A stretch of 61,868 nt of DNA, the filler included, from Dugesia japonica (Eukaryota): assembly GCA_001938525.1 (NCBI GenBank). It is 6 parts of 6 records of this genome, joined end to end, with 100 filler letters (N's around TTAATTAATTAA, not from the genome) between each part and the next. Parts side by side here need not be neighbours in the genome. Positions count along the whole stretch, not along the records: positions 32,065 to 41,272 come from MQRL01329442.1; positions 41,373 to 51,172 come from MQRL01643472.1; 4 more parts are not named here. One strand, 5' to 3'. Positions 38,101-51,234 of the stretch are shown here, piece by piece. Each line of letters starts with the position of its first letter. Position 1 is the stretch's first letter. Both the position numbers and the translations under genes were made by a program. The notes below the pieces were generated by a model that saw only the letters and a list, made by a program, of their open reading frames with translations, did not search any database and had not been told where the DNA came from.

Positions 38101-38199
38101 GAAACGAATTACAAGATCAAGCTTTCACGGATTAACAATTGAAGACTTTATACTAAAGGATTCATAAATCAAACGTAATAAGTCTCGTGCCGCGAGAAA

Positions 38200-40200
38200 G
38201 AAATGCAAAACCAATCTTTATCTCAATCCAAAATGAGAACTCTACGAGTTAGAAAATTCAGACCTTGACAAACCAGAACATACATTTTATCCACATATAC
38301 TAGATACAATCAGTTCTAACAGTAGCTTTAGTGATAAAAACAATAGGCACACCAAGAAACAAACAACATGTACGTCTTCATCAGGTACAGATAGAACAAG
38401 TGAAGTAGAATACTATTTGGAAAAAATAGAACTAACAGAACCTATAGTCGATAACCAAAAGGAGACAGAAACTGCAGACATAAAAAACAAGAATAAAAAA
38501 GAAGAATTACGCTTATCGATAAATTACCAGAAAAGTGAGACAAATTCCTACCAAAATCCGAAATGTACACTAAAACATGCTGATCGGATATTGAAGCTAA
38601 TGTTGGGTATTTCTACACAACAAAATGATTTTATGGTTCGTTGATTTTGAACTATTGTATGATACTATGTGTATTAGTTTAAGGATATTGGTTTTTCCCT
38701 TGATGTGTTGATACAATATTATATACTAGATATTTTAATCAAAGCGTATANATATGGTAATATAGTGTAATCGTTTTCCTATATAAATAAACAAACAATT
38801 AACCTTTTAATATTTATTTTTGGTGTATACAAATATAAGTATTTCAGCTATAATTCCTATACGTAGAAATTTAATTTAGTAGAGGACTGCTAGTCAAAGA
38901 GGTTAGAGTCTCTGCAAATAAATGAAAATTCATCAGATTCAATCAGTATTTATACTGAATTGAACACCACATACAACCTCAATATTTTTCATGCACATAT
39001 CTACATTTATTTATATAAATCAATTATTTTTTTACCAAAATGAAATTTTTCTCTCTTATTTAAATGTCACTTTAATTATCAGATACATTTTTTTAAGGTC
39101 AACAATGATTTGTTTTTCCAAAATTGAAATCAACTGAAAATGAAAGATAAACTAATTGTACATAAATTATTTCATGACCTTAAATTAAAAATAGAAAATA
39201 AACTTACTGTACATAAATTAAAAATAAAATAATTGAAATAAACTAAAATAATTAAAATAAATAATTCTGTACATCAGAAGTAATTAGAGTAACCAAAACT
39301 GTCATTCACAACACGCTCAAGAAAATCAAATAAATGTTTAAATCGAAATGTCTAGGTTGAAAATTCCAAATGTCTAAAATAAATGTTTGAATCAAGAATT
39401 TCTAGATTGAAGTTCTGACTGAGACTGACTGATGGTTGAATTAATCGAATAACGAATTCACATATCAAGTTTTCAAAATAAGTGAATTGATAGAGGATTG
39501 ATTGGATCTTTCCAAATGTTGGACTGAATCTGGTGATGTGTGATGCTATGTTTGCATGTTGTGTTTTGTATGTTGGTCATTCTCAATTCTCAACACTAAG
39601 AAAAAGCGATTAATTGAAACCTATTTCTTTACAAATCCAATGACATGCTACAAATGCAACAAACGGGACATTTGGTAAAAAATTGCCGTAGCAGAAATCA
39701 ATAAAATTATAACAATCGAAATCCTCATATAAACCTTAATTAACCTGATGCAAGAAAATGAGAGAATACATCAAATAATAAACGAAAATCGAGGACAGGT
39801 TAATTCAGTACAACATATGGATACACTAAAGCTAGGCAAGAAAATGAATGACTCAAATGGCAAAAAGAGAATTTTAGAGTATAACAAGAAAGACTAGCAA
39901 AGAAAAATTTGCTAAACAAAACACATAAAGGTTATTGCAATATGATTAGGACAAAGAGACAAATTTTTAACTAACATGAGGAACAAAAAATTGACATAGT
40001 AGAACTAGAAGATACAACGAGAAGAATCCACACCGGAGTTTGAAATGACAAATGAAATCATATATAAAACAATAAACCCGACAACCATCACAATAGGAAG
40101 AAGAACGGTAATGAATCCATTTCTCAGCCTGTATCAACATCCACAAGTACAAGCTAGAGTAAAAGCTAATTGACAGCAAGTAATAATGGATAACATCACA
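38200..40200 (+). pseudogene. gag-like relic with CCHC zinc knuckle, split by a solo LTR
   Basis: CYKCNK.GHLVKNC (frameshifted) near 39645-39690. Confidence 0.5.
38601..39595. mobile_element. Solo LTR, 995 bp, TSD CTAA
   Basis: TGTTG...CAACA ends; CTAA at 38597-38600 and 39596-39599. Confidence 0.85.
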
Positions 40201-40244
40201 GAACTATATGAAAACACCTCACTGAAAAATTATTAATTCATAAA

Positions 40245-41272
40245 ATTATTTCTTCTGCACTTATTTTGTGTCTCAAAAAGACGAGTTGGTTTTGGTAAAA
40301 TTTGCATTTTAATTTGATCTATCCTCACTCCTGATAATCTGATTCTGTTAAAAACTTCTTTCAAAATTTCATTATTATCTTCGATCGTCTTTTCATACAT
40401 ATATCATCTAGATATACAATGACAACTTTAAAAACTACCCCTGCAACATATCATGCATCAACTTTGGAAATGTAGCCAGTGCCATTGCTAATCCTAATGG
40501 GATCCGATTGAATTTTAATTGACCTTCTTTTGTAATAAAAGACGTAATATCTCACGAGCTTTCTGATTAATCTACTTCGTAGTAAGCTTGATCTAGATTA
40601 ATTGAAGAAAGTAATTTTGCATCTGCTAAGCAATCCAATAATAACTGGATATCTTGCATCAGAAATGAAACTTTTTCCGTGATCATATTCAGTTGTCGAT
40701 AATCGACACATATTCTTATCGAACCAATTACTAACAATTACTAAAGGTGAATTCCATGGACTTTTATATTTGTTAATTACCCCAATACTTATTAAATTCT
40801 TTATCATTTCGTCAATTTTCTTTTCTAAGTGCATCTGTTGTCTCCGGGATGTTGAACAATTTGATCTCTAAATACTTTTATTTCGTGTATTCCTGGTTTT
40901 GTATGTTCTATATCAAACTTAGATACCATGAATATTTCACTAAACTTCGAAATTAAATCATTTAAATCTTTGTTATTTGTTTCTTTGAAGACATTTAATG
41001 CATATCATCGTTTGAGTGGTATTTTCCGAGACATTCAGTTTCAATGTTATTAACCTTTGTCAGTTTTATTCCTAAAAGTTTCAATGCATCTATTCCACCA
41101 ATAAATTGTGGTTGTATATTTTTAACAATTAAGATTTTATTAACTTTCACTTTATTATTCCATTTAACGCTCAGTTCTACACTTCCCAACGGCATCTCTC
41201 CACTTCTCGAAAATACCCCATATAATATGACCTTGCAACATAACAAGGATGATTTTCCTACCTTCAACCAGT
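40245..41272 (-). mobile_element. Gypsy pol fragment (PR-RT), same family as 14600-15600
   Basis: KSPWNSPLVIV, YLDD; collinear sequence similarity to the 14.6-15.6 kb region. Confidence 0.85.
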
Positions 41273-41879
41273 NNNNNNNNNNNNNNNNNNNNNNNNNNNN
41301 NNNNNNNNNNNNNNNNTTAATTAATTAANNNNNNNNNNNNNNNNNNNNNNNNNNNNNNNNNNNNNNNNNNNNTATTCTTTTATTGATTTGCCACAAAAAA
41401 ATTCCCCGAATCAATCTGTCTATTTAATTTACCTCACATTTATATTGGTTAGTTTTGATATGACGGTAAAAATAATATGTTTAACTTTATTCGATACGAT
41501 TGTAATTATACCTAAAAATATCAATCTGTATATTAATCATGTGTTTTAGTTTTAATTTGATATATAATGATAATATTATTGATGAATTGCATTTAAACTT
41601 AAAATCTCCACTCGTTTTGCTAATCATATGTTTCAGTTTTAGAATTTTGTGTATAATAATACTATCACTGACAAGAGGACCATTCGTTATTTTGAGAGAA
41701 TTGGATATCCCGGATACTTGAAATAGCGAGATAGAAATTTATGCGAGCGCAATAGCCTTAATAAAGGAGAGAAGGAATGATGATGAATGTAATGAACAAC
41801 ACGGTTGATCCAATTCTCTTTTCAATGACGAGTGATCGATGGTCTGTCAAAGAAAAAACGACTGCTAAAATATTAAATA

Positions 41880-42470
41880 AATATTATTAAATATTATAAA
41901 TAATTGGATTTTTAAATGTGGTGCATCGAGAATAATACATACAGATCGTGGGAGAAAAATTAATTAAATTTATTCCAACAATTGGCTAATGAATGTAATT
42001 GTGAAATTCAATACTCAAGTCCATGTCATCATAGTAGTAATGGAATAATTGAAAGACAATTTCGAACTATAGGAGATACAATTCATATTCGTCTACAGGA
42101 TAAGAAAATGCAAGGCTAGGCAGCAATTTTACCAGAAATAGAATTTTTGATGAACACCACTATTCAAAGAACGACGAATGTATCTCTCACTGAAATTGTT
42201 TTTGGGAAAAATTTAAACAAATAATAGATTGATAGGAATGGTCGAAAAATTTAAAGGAAAGAAATCTTAAGTGTAAACGAATTATAAACAATTTAAATAA
42301 CTATTAAAATTCCAAAAATTTAGAAAAGAATAATAAAATTAGAAAATTTAATATTGGTGACGATGTTTTAATGAAAAGAGAAAGTCCACACAAAAATGAA
42401 AACAGATATGAAGGACCAGCAAAAATTATAGAGAAAATACACGATAGAAGTTTTAAATTGGGGAATGTGA
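41880..42470 (+). pseudogene. Gypsy integrase fragment
   Basis: IIHTDRG, SSPCHHSSNGIIERQFRTI, RYEGPAKI. Confidence 0.8.
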
Positions 42471-42734
42471 AATATGACTAAGAATTGTATAATATTACTA
42501 TATTGACCTTTGAAATAGTAACTTGACATATATATTTTATAATATGTGAATGCGTGATTGCATATATAAATGCGTGTATATTTTGTAGTGCTCGAACATT
42601 ATTACATTACCGATCAATCAAAAGCTATATTTGTTAAAGTGTNNNNNNNNNNNNNNNNNNNNNNNNNNNNNNNNNNNNNNNNNNNNNNNNNNNNNNNNNN
42701 NNNNNNNNNNNNNNNNNNNNNNNNNNNNNNNNNN

Positions 42735-42791
<57 letters not shown>

Positions 42792-42802
42792 ATTATTATT
42801 AT
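42735..42802. repeat. (ATT)n microsatellite
   Basis: Direct observation. Confidence 0.9.
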
Positions 42803-42959
42803 GATTAAGGTTATGTTTGCTGCGAAGTCACAAAATATATTACAATGTACTACATTAAAATATTAGGTTTTTCAAATTGAATATTAGTATTTTTGAGAAA
42901 ACAAATTTATTTATACAAATATATAAATGATGCTTATCAATTATATATTCGTCATTTTA

Positions 42960-43620
42960 TCTACAACATATTGTCAACATTTGATTAAACTTTCGGAATA
43001 AATAGTAATCTGAAGATTCGAATTCTGAATACTTGGGGACCTAGCATTGCTTCCCACTAAAAGGCTTTTAGGTTTTGCTGCGCCTTTTAGCAGTGTATGG
43101 ATTAGCCCCGTCATCATGGAAAATTATTTTTCCTTCTATTAATCAAAACATTCTTTTTCATCTTCAGCTATATTCCGTTTAAAGAAATTTTCTTTAATAG
43201 GAAAAGACTTCTGAATGGCATATCTGGCCTCAAAATATGTAACATTCTGTGCTTAAATCATGAAGAACCCATTACACTACACTTATTGCTTTTTACGATC
43301 CGTTTCACGTGATTTCATGCACTGCTGGAATTCACTGTAGATGAACATACAATTCTTCTTATGTATGTTTCGTGTCTCTTTCGATAATGATCTTCAACAT
43401 ATCATTATATATCGCCGATTGTCACTGCCCTCTTAGTTAGTTATGCAAACTACAACTGCCATTACAAAACCTATCAAACCATTTTTATAAATTTCGGACA
43501 TAAAGAACTTCAGCAAAACCATTGTTCGTATTTTCAGAGGTAACTGGAATTCTATCCGCGTTTAAACTCATGAAGAATGCAGTGGCGAATATGATTTGTA
43601 TTTTGGAAATTTATACTCAT
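42960..43620 (-). mobile_element. Decayed mariner transposase
   Basis: N-terminal HIRHCILHEFKRG; FHDDGANPYTA and SSDYYLFR resemble mariner HDNARPH and SDYHLF. Confidence 0.7.
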
Positions 43621-43731
43621 TTGTATACATGTATTGTGTATGTTGATTGTAATTAATCTACATAGTTTATATTAGACTTTTATTTAAATTTGATTTTCAT
43701 TATTAATTAAACAAATCCATAACAGCAGTAG

Positions 43732-46700
43732 CAGAGGCATATTCATAGGGTTACGATGGGAGTGATTGCTCCTTTTACGATATTTGAAATGGGTTTTATT
43801 TAATACATTTATTGTTTAAATTGGCAGCACTTTAACACTGTTTTAGTATTAATGTATAATACCAACAAAAGCATTATTTTCGACTTGTCGAATAAAGTTT
43901 TCTAAATAAAGTTTAGAAAAAAATAAAAACATTTGTATTAATGTTATCAAATACAAAAGTATTCGATTTGTATTTGAATTTCTTTAAATAAAGATTAATT
44001 AAACATTATAAAAGTTTAGTATCGTTGAGTAATGAAAAGTTTGACTAGTATAATTTCCACTATCTACTACCTTGAAGGTTCATGAATATAGCACCGTATA
44101 ACACAAAATGTAGGTTACAATTTCTTGATTTCGAAAAATGCCCAATTACACTTTTAAATTTCACTAGAATGTCTCTGTCTACATTAAGCAATGGCAGTCC
44201 AACTAGTCAATCTTGGATCATTCGTGTTCTTAGTCTAGTTTTAATTGTTCTCAGAATTAAAAAACTTCATTCAGCACTGGCAACATTAATAAAGTATATC
44301 ATAGTTATTTGGAACAACTTGTGTGTGAATGAATTTTATACTTGGTCACATAATTCAAAACCAATTGAAAGATCAGTAGGTAGGGATTTAACTCCTTCCA
44401 CTTTCATTCTCAACTGTTTATTTTGCCATATTTCAACTAAGAATGTAAGTTCAAATGCAGATAAGGGTTGGGTACTAAGTCCAATAATAGTGCAATAGAC
44501 ATTACTTATTGCTAAAACTGTTTTTTCAATATCTAATTGATTTAGTTTAATAATATTTTCTGGCATTAAAGAATTGATTTGATGGCACTGCAATTTTCTT
44601 TAGAAAAGTGAGTATTTATTTCTATTAATAATGCATCATGAAAAGGAACGTGAACTGAACGCCTGTGATATTCTTCCAACGTATTTGAAGAAACATTTCC
44701 CAAGCATATGTGTCATTGCACTATTCTTTTGTAAGTGAAACTACCATATTTTTTAATTATTGGTTTTAACGCCACTCTAAAAATTTTGACAATTATTTAT
44801 TCGCAGCGTTCTTCTTTTTGTTCTTAGACATTCAATAGGTCTACAATGCAATTCTTTACTTCAAGTAAATCAAAACATTTTTGAATTAGTACACTGCAGC
44901 TTTTAGTTAGTGAGAACAAATTCACAGCACAGCCTACAGAAACCAAAAAATCAATTTCTTAAATCGCTGATAATAAGGTTCTTGCTTTGGATGAAGTTGT
45001 TATGTCATTCCATTTAGATATATTATTTAGTGAATCAATTAAATGTGACAGTTGATCACTAATCGTTAATAACGCACCATGTCTTTAAACCCATCTTGTT
45101 TCGAAAAGAGTAACAGGTAGTGAATTTGATTCAATTCTTTCAAGTTGATAATTTGTATCATGCAAGTCCAATAATCCAACAGAATCGTTGTGAACTGATC
45201 CATAAGGCATTATATAACGTAATATTACAGTTATTTGTGATGCATCAGTTGTTCCTGTCCTGGATATCCCCGTCAATAATGTCACGTGATTCTGTTATCT
45301 CTTGTTCAAGACGTTAGGTATTCAAACTTGCCAATATTGCCATTGATGTGGTTGACAGATCAGCAGTGTTACTAACTTCAATATTAGTGTTAGATGAGTT
45401 TGAAGTAATCATCAGATCATTAATATCCAAACTCGATTCCATAGAAAATTTCTTCATGCAACAAAACTATAACCAAAGCTACTTGTTTATTCAAACAAAT
45501 TAAAATCCATGTTTTAATGTGTGATTGCTTTTCAAATTTTTTTAAAATTGATTTAAGGCTATTTAAATTTTTCATTCAAATTTTAAAACAAATTTTTACT
45601 TTATTGTAATTTAAAATTCAAAGAAAAGACTCATTTGTCATTTAAATTTTTCATCTACAATTTAAATTTTTTTTAATAAAAGATTTTAAGAAAAACGATC
45701 ACCAACCACACAAAAATTTCAACTCGCTTTTCAAAACATACACACAATTAGGAATAATTATAAATGCTTTAGCAGACCTTTTATCTTCACTGTAACAAAT
45801 AAATCCAAATTATGGTTGAACAGTATTGGTTGTCTTCATGTAAACAAATGTATTCCAACCATTTTATTCGACGAAACTTCCGAAAGGAAATATTTTTCCG
45901 CCGAAAACCGCTAAAAATATATGACGTCATACGTTTTGATTAGTGTATTTGAAGCACGTGATTTTACCGAATTTAAAGATTTTATTTTATCCATAATATA
46001 TATAAAATTGCATTTTTATATCCAATTTATATTAATATTGTAAATTTTGCTATAATATTTTATCAATCTGATATTTTAATAAGACAATACACTACTCCAT
46101 ATTTTCATGTAAAATTCATTTTATAGATGATTTCCATTTTTCGTGGTTTTTGGCTGAGCAAATAATAATCACTTGCGGAATCCTTCTCAACATTCCAAGG
46201 AGCTCCAGGGTACCGCGGAGCCCAGGTTAAAGACCTATGACTATCGCAATAAAATGTTATTTTTATTGTTAATATAGATTATAGCAGCAGCGTATATTAG
46301 TAACTAATAATAACTCATACTAATAATATTATTATTATTATATTATTTTATCATAAGTGTTAGGAAGTAATTATTAGATAAACATGATAATGATTGATAT
46401 TCTGTTTATTAAATAATTATAATCAGTATTGGAATTATTTTAATTTTGTCAAATTGGACAATTGGATTATTGTGGCTCAGTGGATCTTTTTGCTAAAATA
46501 AGATTGAATTTAATTGAAGAATTTTATTAGTGGAGTTGCTTTATTGAAGAAGTAAATTGTCAATTGTGGAGTTATTTGAAACAGTATTTTACGTAAGTTT
46601 TTATCTATTAAAAGAAATTTGTAATAGTAATTAATTAAGTGTGATTAATTTTATTTGTTATCTTGTAATTTGTCATTTAAATTGTATTTACTAATATTGT

Positions 46701-46837
46701 TATTTTCTGTGGATTGTAAATTATAGTTAATAAATTTAATCATTATAATTTGTATATTGAACATGCATCAAGAAAAATATAACAATAAGAATAGGTTCAA
46801 ATCGCTCCCCTTATTAGATAGCTTGGATCCGCCTCTG
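43732..46837 (-). mobile_element. Decayed hAT DNA transposon
   Basis: C-terminal ASAExSF..LRTIKTRLRTRM.Q..L.GL.LL dimerisation motif (~44170-44290); FETRWV; imperfect TIRs CAGAGGC...GGGAG(T/C)GATT; no clean 8-bp TSD. Confidence 0.75.
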
Positions 46838-46990
46838 GTCACAGTATTAAACCAACAATATTCAATAAAACTTTCAATTTGAAAAATCTAATATATCAAG
46901 ATTATTACAGAAATTCCATGTGATGTTTATATTTTTTAAATTATGTGATAAAAAACATTTATTTTCTAAGTTCTAATTATGATAACTTAC

Positions 46991-47331
46991 ATTTGGAAAT
47001 TAGTTGATCCATGTATGTATTTTTAGGTTTTCTTGATTTTTTCTGAATCACTTTGTTATTAATATTGGTTCTTTGCAAAAGTAGAATTTCTTGCGAGTCT
47101 GTTTTATTATGGCCTTGACAGTTCCAAACGTGGTTTAAAAATTGAAACTGGCATTCGTTTATTCCAAGCATAAATCCGGAAATTACACTTGGCATTAAAG
47201 GAAAATGTTCTTCACATAAAAGTTTTTGATTTTTCAAAACGTTTCTGCATATTTTTGAAGTTGACAAAAAATCATTTGTAAAAGGATTTTGAAATCCTTG
47301 ATGTCTGACACCAATTTTATGAATTTTAATC
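46991..47331 (-). CDS. Wnt: Internal exon of a Wnt-family ligand gene
   Basis: C...Q..LC....GINECQFQFLNHVWNC Wnt N-terminal signature; flanked by TTGCAG| and |GTAAGT; subfamily not assignable. Confidence 0.85.
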
Positions 47332-50300
47332 CTGCAAAATGTTTAAAAACGATTACTTTTTTGAATATATTACAGAAGTTTTCAAAAACTTTAATATATT
47401 GATAGTTATATTTTTAATTTCTACTATTAACTAATTATTTTCATTGTCACTTGTGAAAGAAAATTGGTAAATTACATAGATTTATAAATGAGTAACAATT
47501 TATAAAAAATTGAAAGATTTTTTTGGAAAAACGAAAACCATTTTACGAAAATATTGAAAAACTTGGTTAATTTCTAAAATACTTTAAAATAATCAATTGA
47601 AATAAAAGGTTATATTACAAAAGGACTTAACTAAATAAAATCAAAAATTTTTAATTCAACAATTTTAATGTAAATTAATAAATCTAAAATATATCGTACG
47701 CCAGTGGCTTATTTTAATTTTTCCACAGAAATTTTGCCTGTGGCTTATTTAGGGAAAATTTATCAAGTAAAATTATTATTTAAAAAATATTTAATTTTGA
47801 TTTGTAAATAATTCGTAAAAAATTCATTTAATATTCATAATGCTGCTATTTTATCCTTTGATTTTCGGTATGGATTTACTGATTGATAATATTTGGTTAT
47901 ATGTACATTTAACATCAGTATCAATTTTTAAACTATATCTCAGGGGCTTACTTTTGATATAGGATTTATAATAATAAATAAAATATCACCTAAGGCTTAC
48001 TTTTGGAGAAATAATTAACATATGTATAAAAATATAACTTTTACAAAAAAGTAATTTAACAACCTTTTACTAAAGAATAGTATTAAGTAATTGCTTAGAA
48101 AAAATATCTTTGTATTACATTGTTGTTGCCAGTGATTACTGAAGATTTAGCTTTCTCAATATTTTTAAGTTTCTTCTTTTACTTTTATTAGCATAATAAG
48201 GATTTAGCATTTTGATATTTTTCTGTTCAATGTTTAAGATTGAATATTAAATTTGGCCTTGATAGACTAATTTTTCAATGTTACGCTTGAAGTATATTTA
48301 TTCGTATAAAACAATTCAAATTTCTGGTTTCGGAAAATAAGGAAAATTTGATTAACGAATATTTCCTTATTATGATTAACAACAATCAACATATGGAAAA
48401 GTTTTACGGTTCTTGGTTTTTTAAATTTTGGTTCATAATTGAGTTTCGATGGACCTAGTCTTAACTACAGGTCTTTTTTCTTTGTTAGTTGGTAATCAAA
48501 TTTTTTAATTACATAAAATGTATTATTATTATTACTTAAAAATTATTACTTTAAATTGTTATTATATATTTTTATAATTATCTATTGGTTTAGTCGAAGT
48601 TATATTATAAATAACAATACATTTTTCAAAGGTTTTCTAGAATTTTTAATGTAATGGAAGTCACTATTGATTTTAACGAAAGTTCTATACTTGAAAAAAA
48701 TATTTGTGCAGCATTAAAGCGGTTTATTCATATCAAATAATCGTTAATTAATTTATATAATTCTCTTATAAGATCCATTAGTATATTCAACCATTTTACA
48801 ATGTTGAAAATTTAATGAATTATTTTTTTGAAATAATGCAATATTGAAAAGGATTAAATGTTAATAAGATCAAATAAAAAAGTCAAAATATTGAAAAGTA
48901 AAACTCTTTAAGTGGTTAGTCAGCCACATTTTGAAAAGCGGAATTTGAAGTAATTACAATTACTTATCATCAATTTATTGTAAGTCAAAAAAGATTTTTA
49001 AATACTAATTTGTTTTTTGATTTATACTAGTAGAATTTTAAAATATATCAACCAAAATTTGTAATTTACTTCAAGTATATGTCTGATCAAGTTTATATAT
49101 GATCTTATACTTTGAAGTTATTAGAGTTGTGAAAGTTTGTGTAAATAATATATCAATAGCAGTTTGTAAATAATGGTTGAAAGAACTCAACCTATTGATA
49201 GACGTTAAATAGTTTGTAACACATGCACAGGATTTATTCCATTATTAATTTTCCACAATCAGTTTAATTTTCTTTATTTCATTATCGTTTTGAAATATTT
49301 TATGTAATTTTGTATCGGTTGTAAGGTTTCTAAACTCAACATATTTATTTGGTTTTATCAAAATACCCTGTCTCTTCAACATTTATAATATATGAGATAT
49401 GTTTTCAACCCGCTGTGCCCATTCAAGTTATGCGCAATTTATACATTACATAATTTATATAAATTATATTTTTTACATAATTTATAATTTTGAAAGTATT
49501 CCACTCCCAAACTTCTTTTAACTTTTAAATAAATTTTAAAAAAATATGATCTAAAATATTTTTCAGCGTTAGGTTCAACTGATTCTTTTGGCGATGTAAA
49601 ATGTTAACGCCGAAAGACTAAAACGATTATAATAATGAAAAATATTGAAAATTTATGATTGCTTTAGAGAACACTTTAACGAAAATTAATATTAATCTTT
49701 TTATGAAAAATTCTTATATTTCAGCGGAGCCTAATCTTTTTGCAATGGAATCCCTTTTTAGTTTAATTTTAATGATAAACAAATGAATATTATTTGCGCA
49801 ATGGTGGTATTACTTTTATCGTATTTGTTTGAATTTAAAATATTGTTCACAATCTTCTACAACTCGTCATGTTTATAGGCATAATCCAGTTTTAAATATA
49901 ATATTATCCTCGAAAGAATTTTAATTTTTTGCCAATCAACTATAAAATTTGTTTCCATAGACGAGTTTGGCACCATTGTTATAAGTATTAATATAATTCC
50001 AAAAAAGAATTATGGAATCATAATTTATAAAAAAACAAATTGCAATATATTTATTTTCGATCCAAATATTGAATTTATACACTTAAATCAACAAATTTTA
50101 TAGCATAAGAATATTTTTTACTAATATTGGTGTTTGTATTTCTAATCTCTATCTGCACTGTTTAATTTAATTATTAAATTAACGTTTATGAATAAAATCA
50201 AATTATCCGAATTTTGAAAATTTATATATTACAGGCATTTTCATAGTTAAATATCAATATTGAATAAATCTAAATTATTTTCATAGCTATAAATCATATT

Positions 50301-51234
50301 TTCAAAACTATAAACCAATTTTTCAAATTAATAAACCAATATTTCACAATTTTAAATCAATTCTAATGTTTCTTCAATAAATTTAACAGAATGATTTTGT
50401 GGTTTCAGTATTTTAATTATCTAACTTTTTTCTAGGTTTTTTTCAGTATTTTCTTGACTTTCCAATGTTCATTATATTATCAACATTATTCATTTGGTCT
50501 TTTTTAGTTTAATTAATTTATAATTTTGAAATATTGGCTTGTAATTTTTCAAAATATGATTTATAATTATGAAAAAATAATTTATAGTTATGCAATATTG
50601 ATATATAATATAAAAAATCCTGTAATATGTTGTTAAATTAGAACGAATATTATAAAACCAGTATAACATGATTATCCGTATTAAATAAAATAACAACCTA
50701 TTTTAACAAAGTCAGTTATTGACTTCTATATGATATTAAAGTAATTTTTTAATAAGGTATTCAGAAAATATTGAAAAGACAGTCTCTTTTTGCGACAGGG
50801 TTTATACCCTGTGATGTATAAACCACGAAATTAGTATTTAAAAAATTATTAGATTTAATACTGTATTTTTCATTAAAATAAAGAAAAGCTTCTATCAAAA
50901 TAAAATGTATTTTTTTAGAAATTTAAATTTTCGACACTTGTCTTCTTCAGGAATGATGACTTTTTGATAGATTCAAAGCGATAATAGATCTTTATTACAA
51001 AATTCTTTATATTTTATCAAAATTTTATTGGTTTGAAATTTTTTTATTTTAAATTAAATCTCAAAAAAAATTTTTTTTAATTAAATTGAATTGAAAATCT
51101 TTCAAATGTTTAAAAAAACAAATATATTAAAATATTAAAACGTTAAAATACTAAAACATCAAAATACTAAAANNNNNNNNNNNNNNNNNNNNNNNNNNNN
51201 NNNNNNNNNNNNNNNNTTAATTAATTAANNNNNN

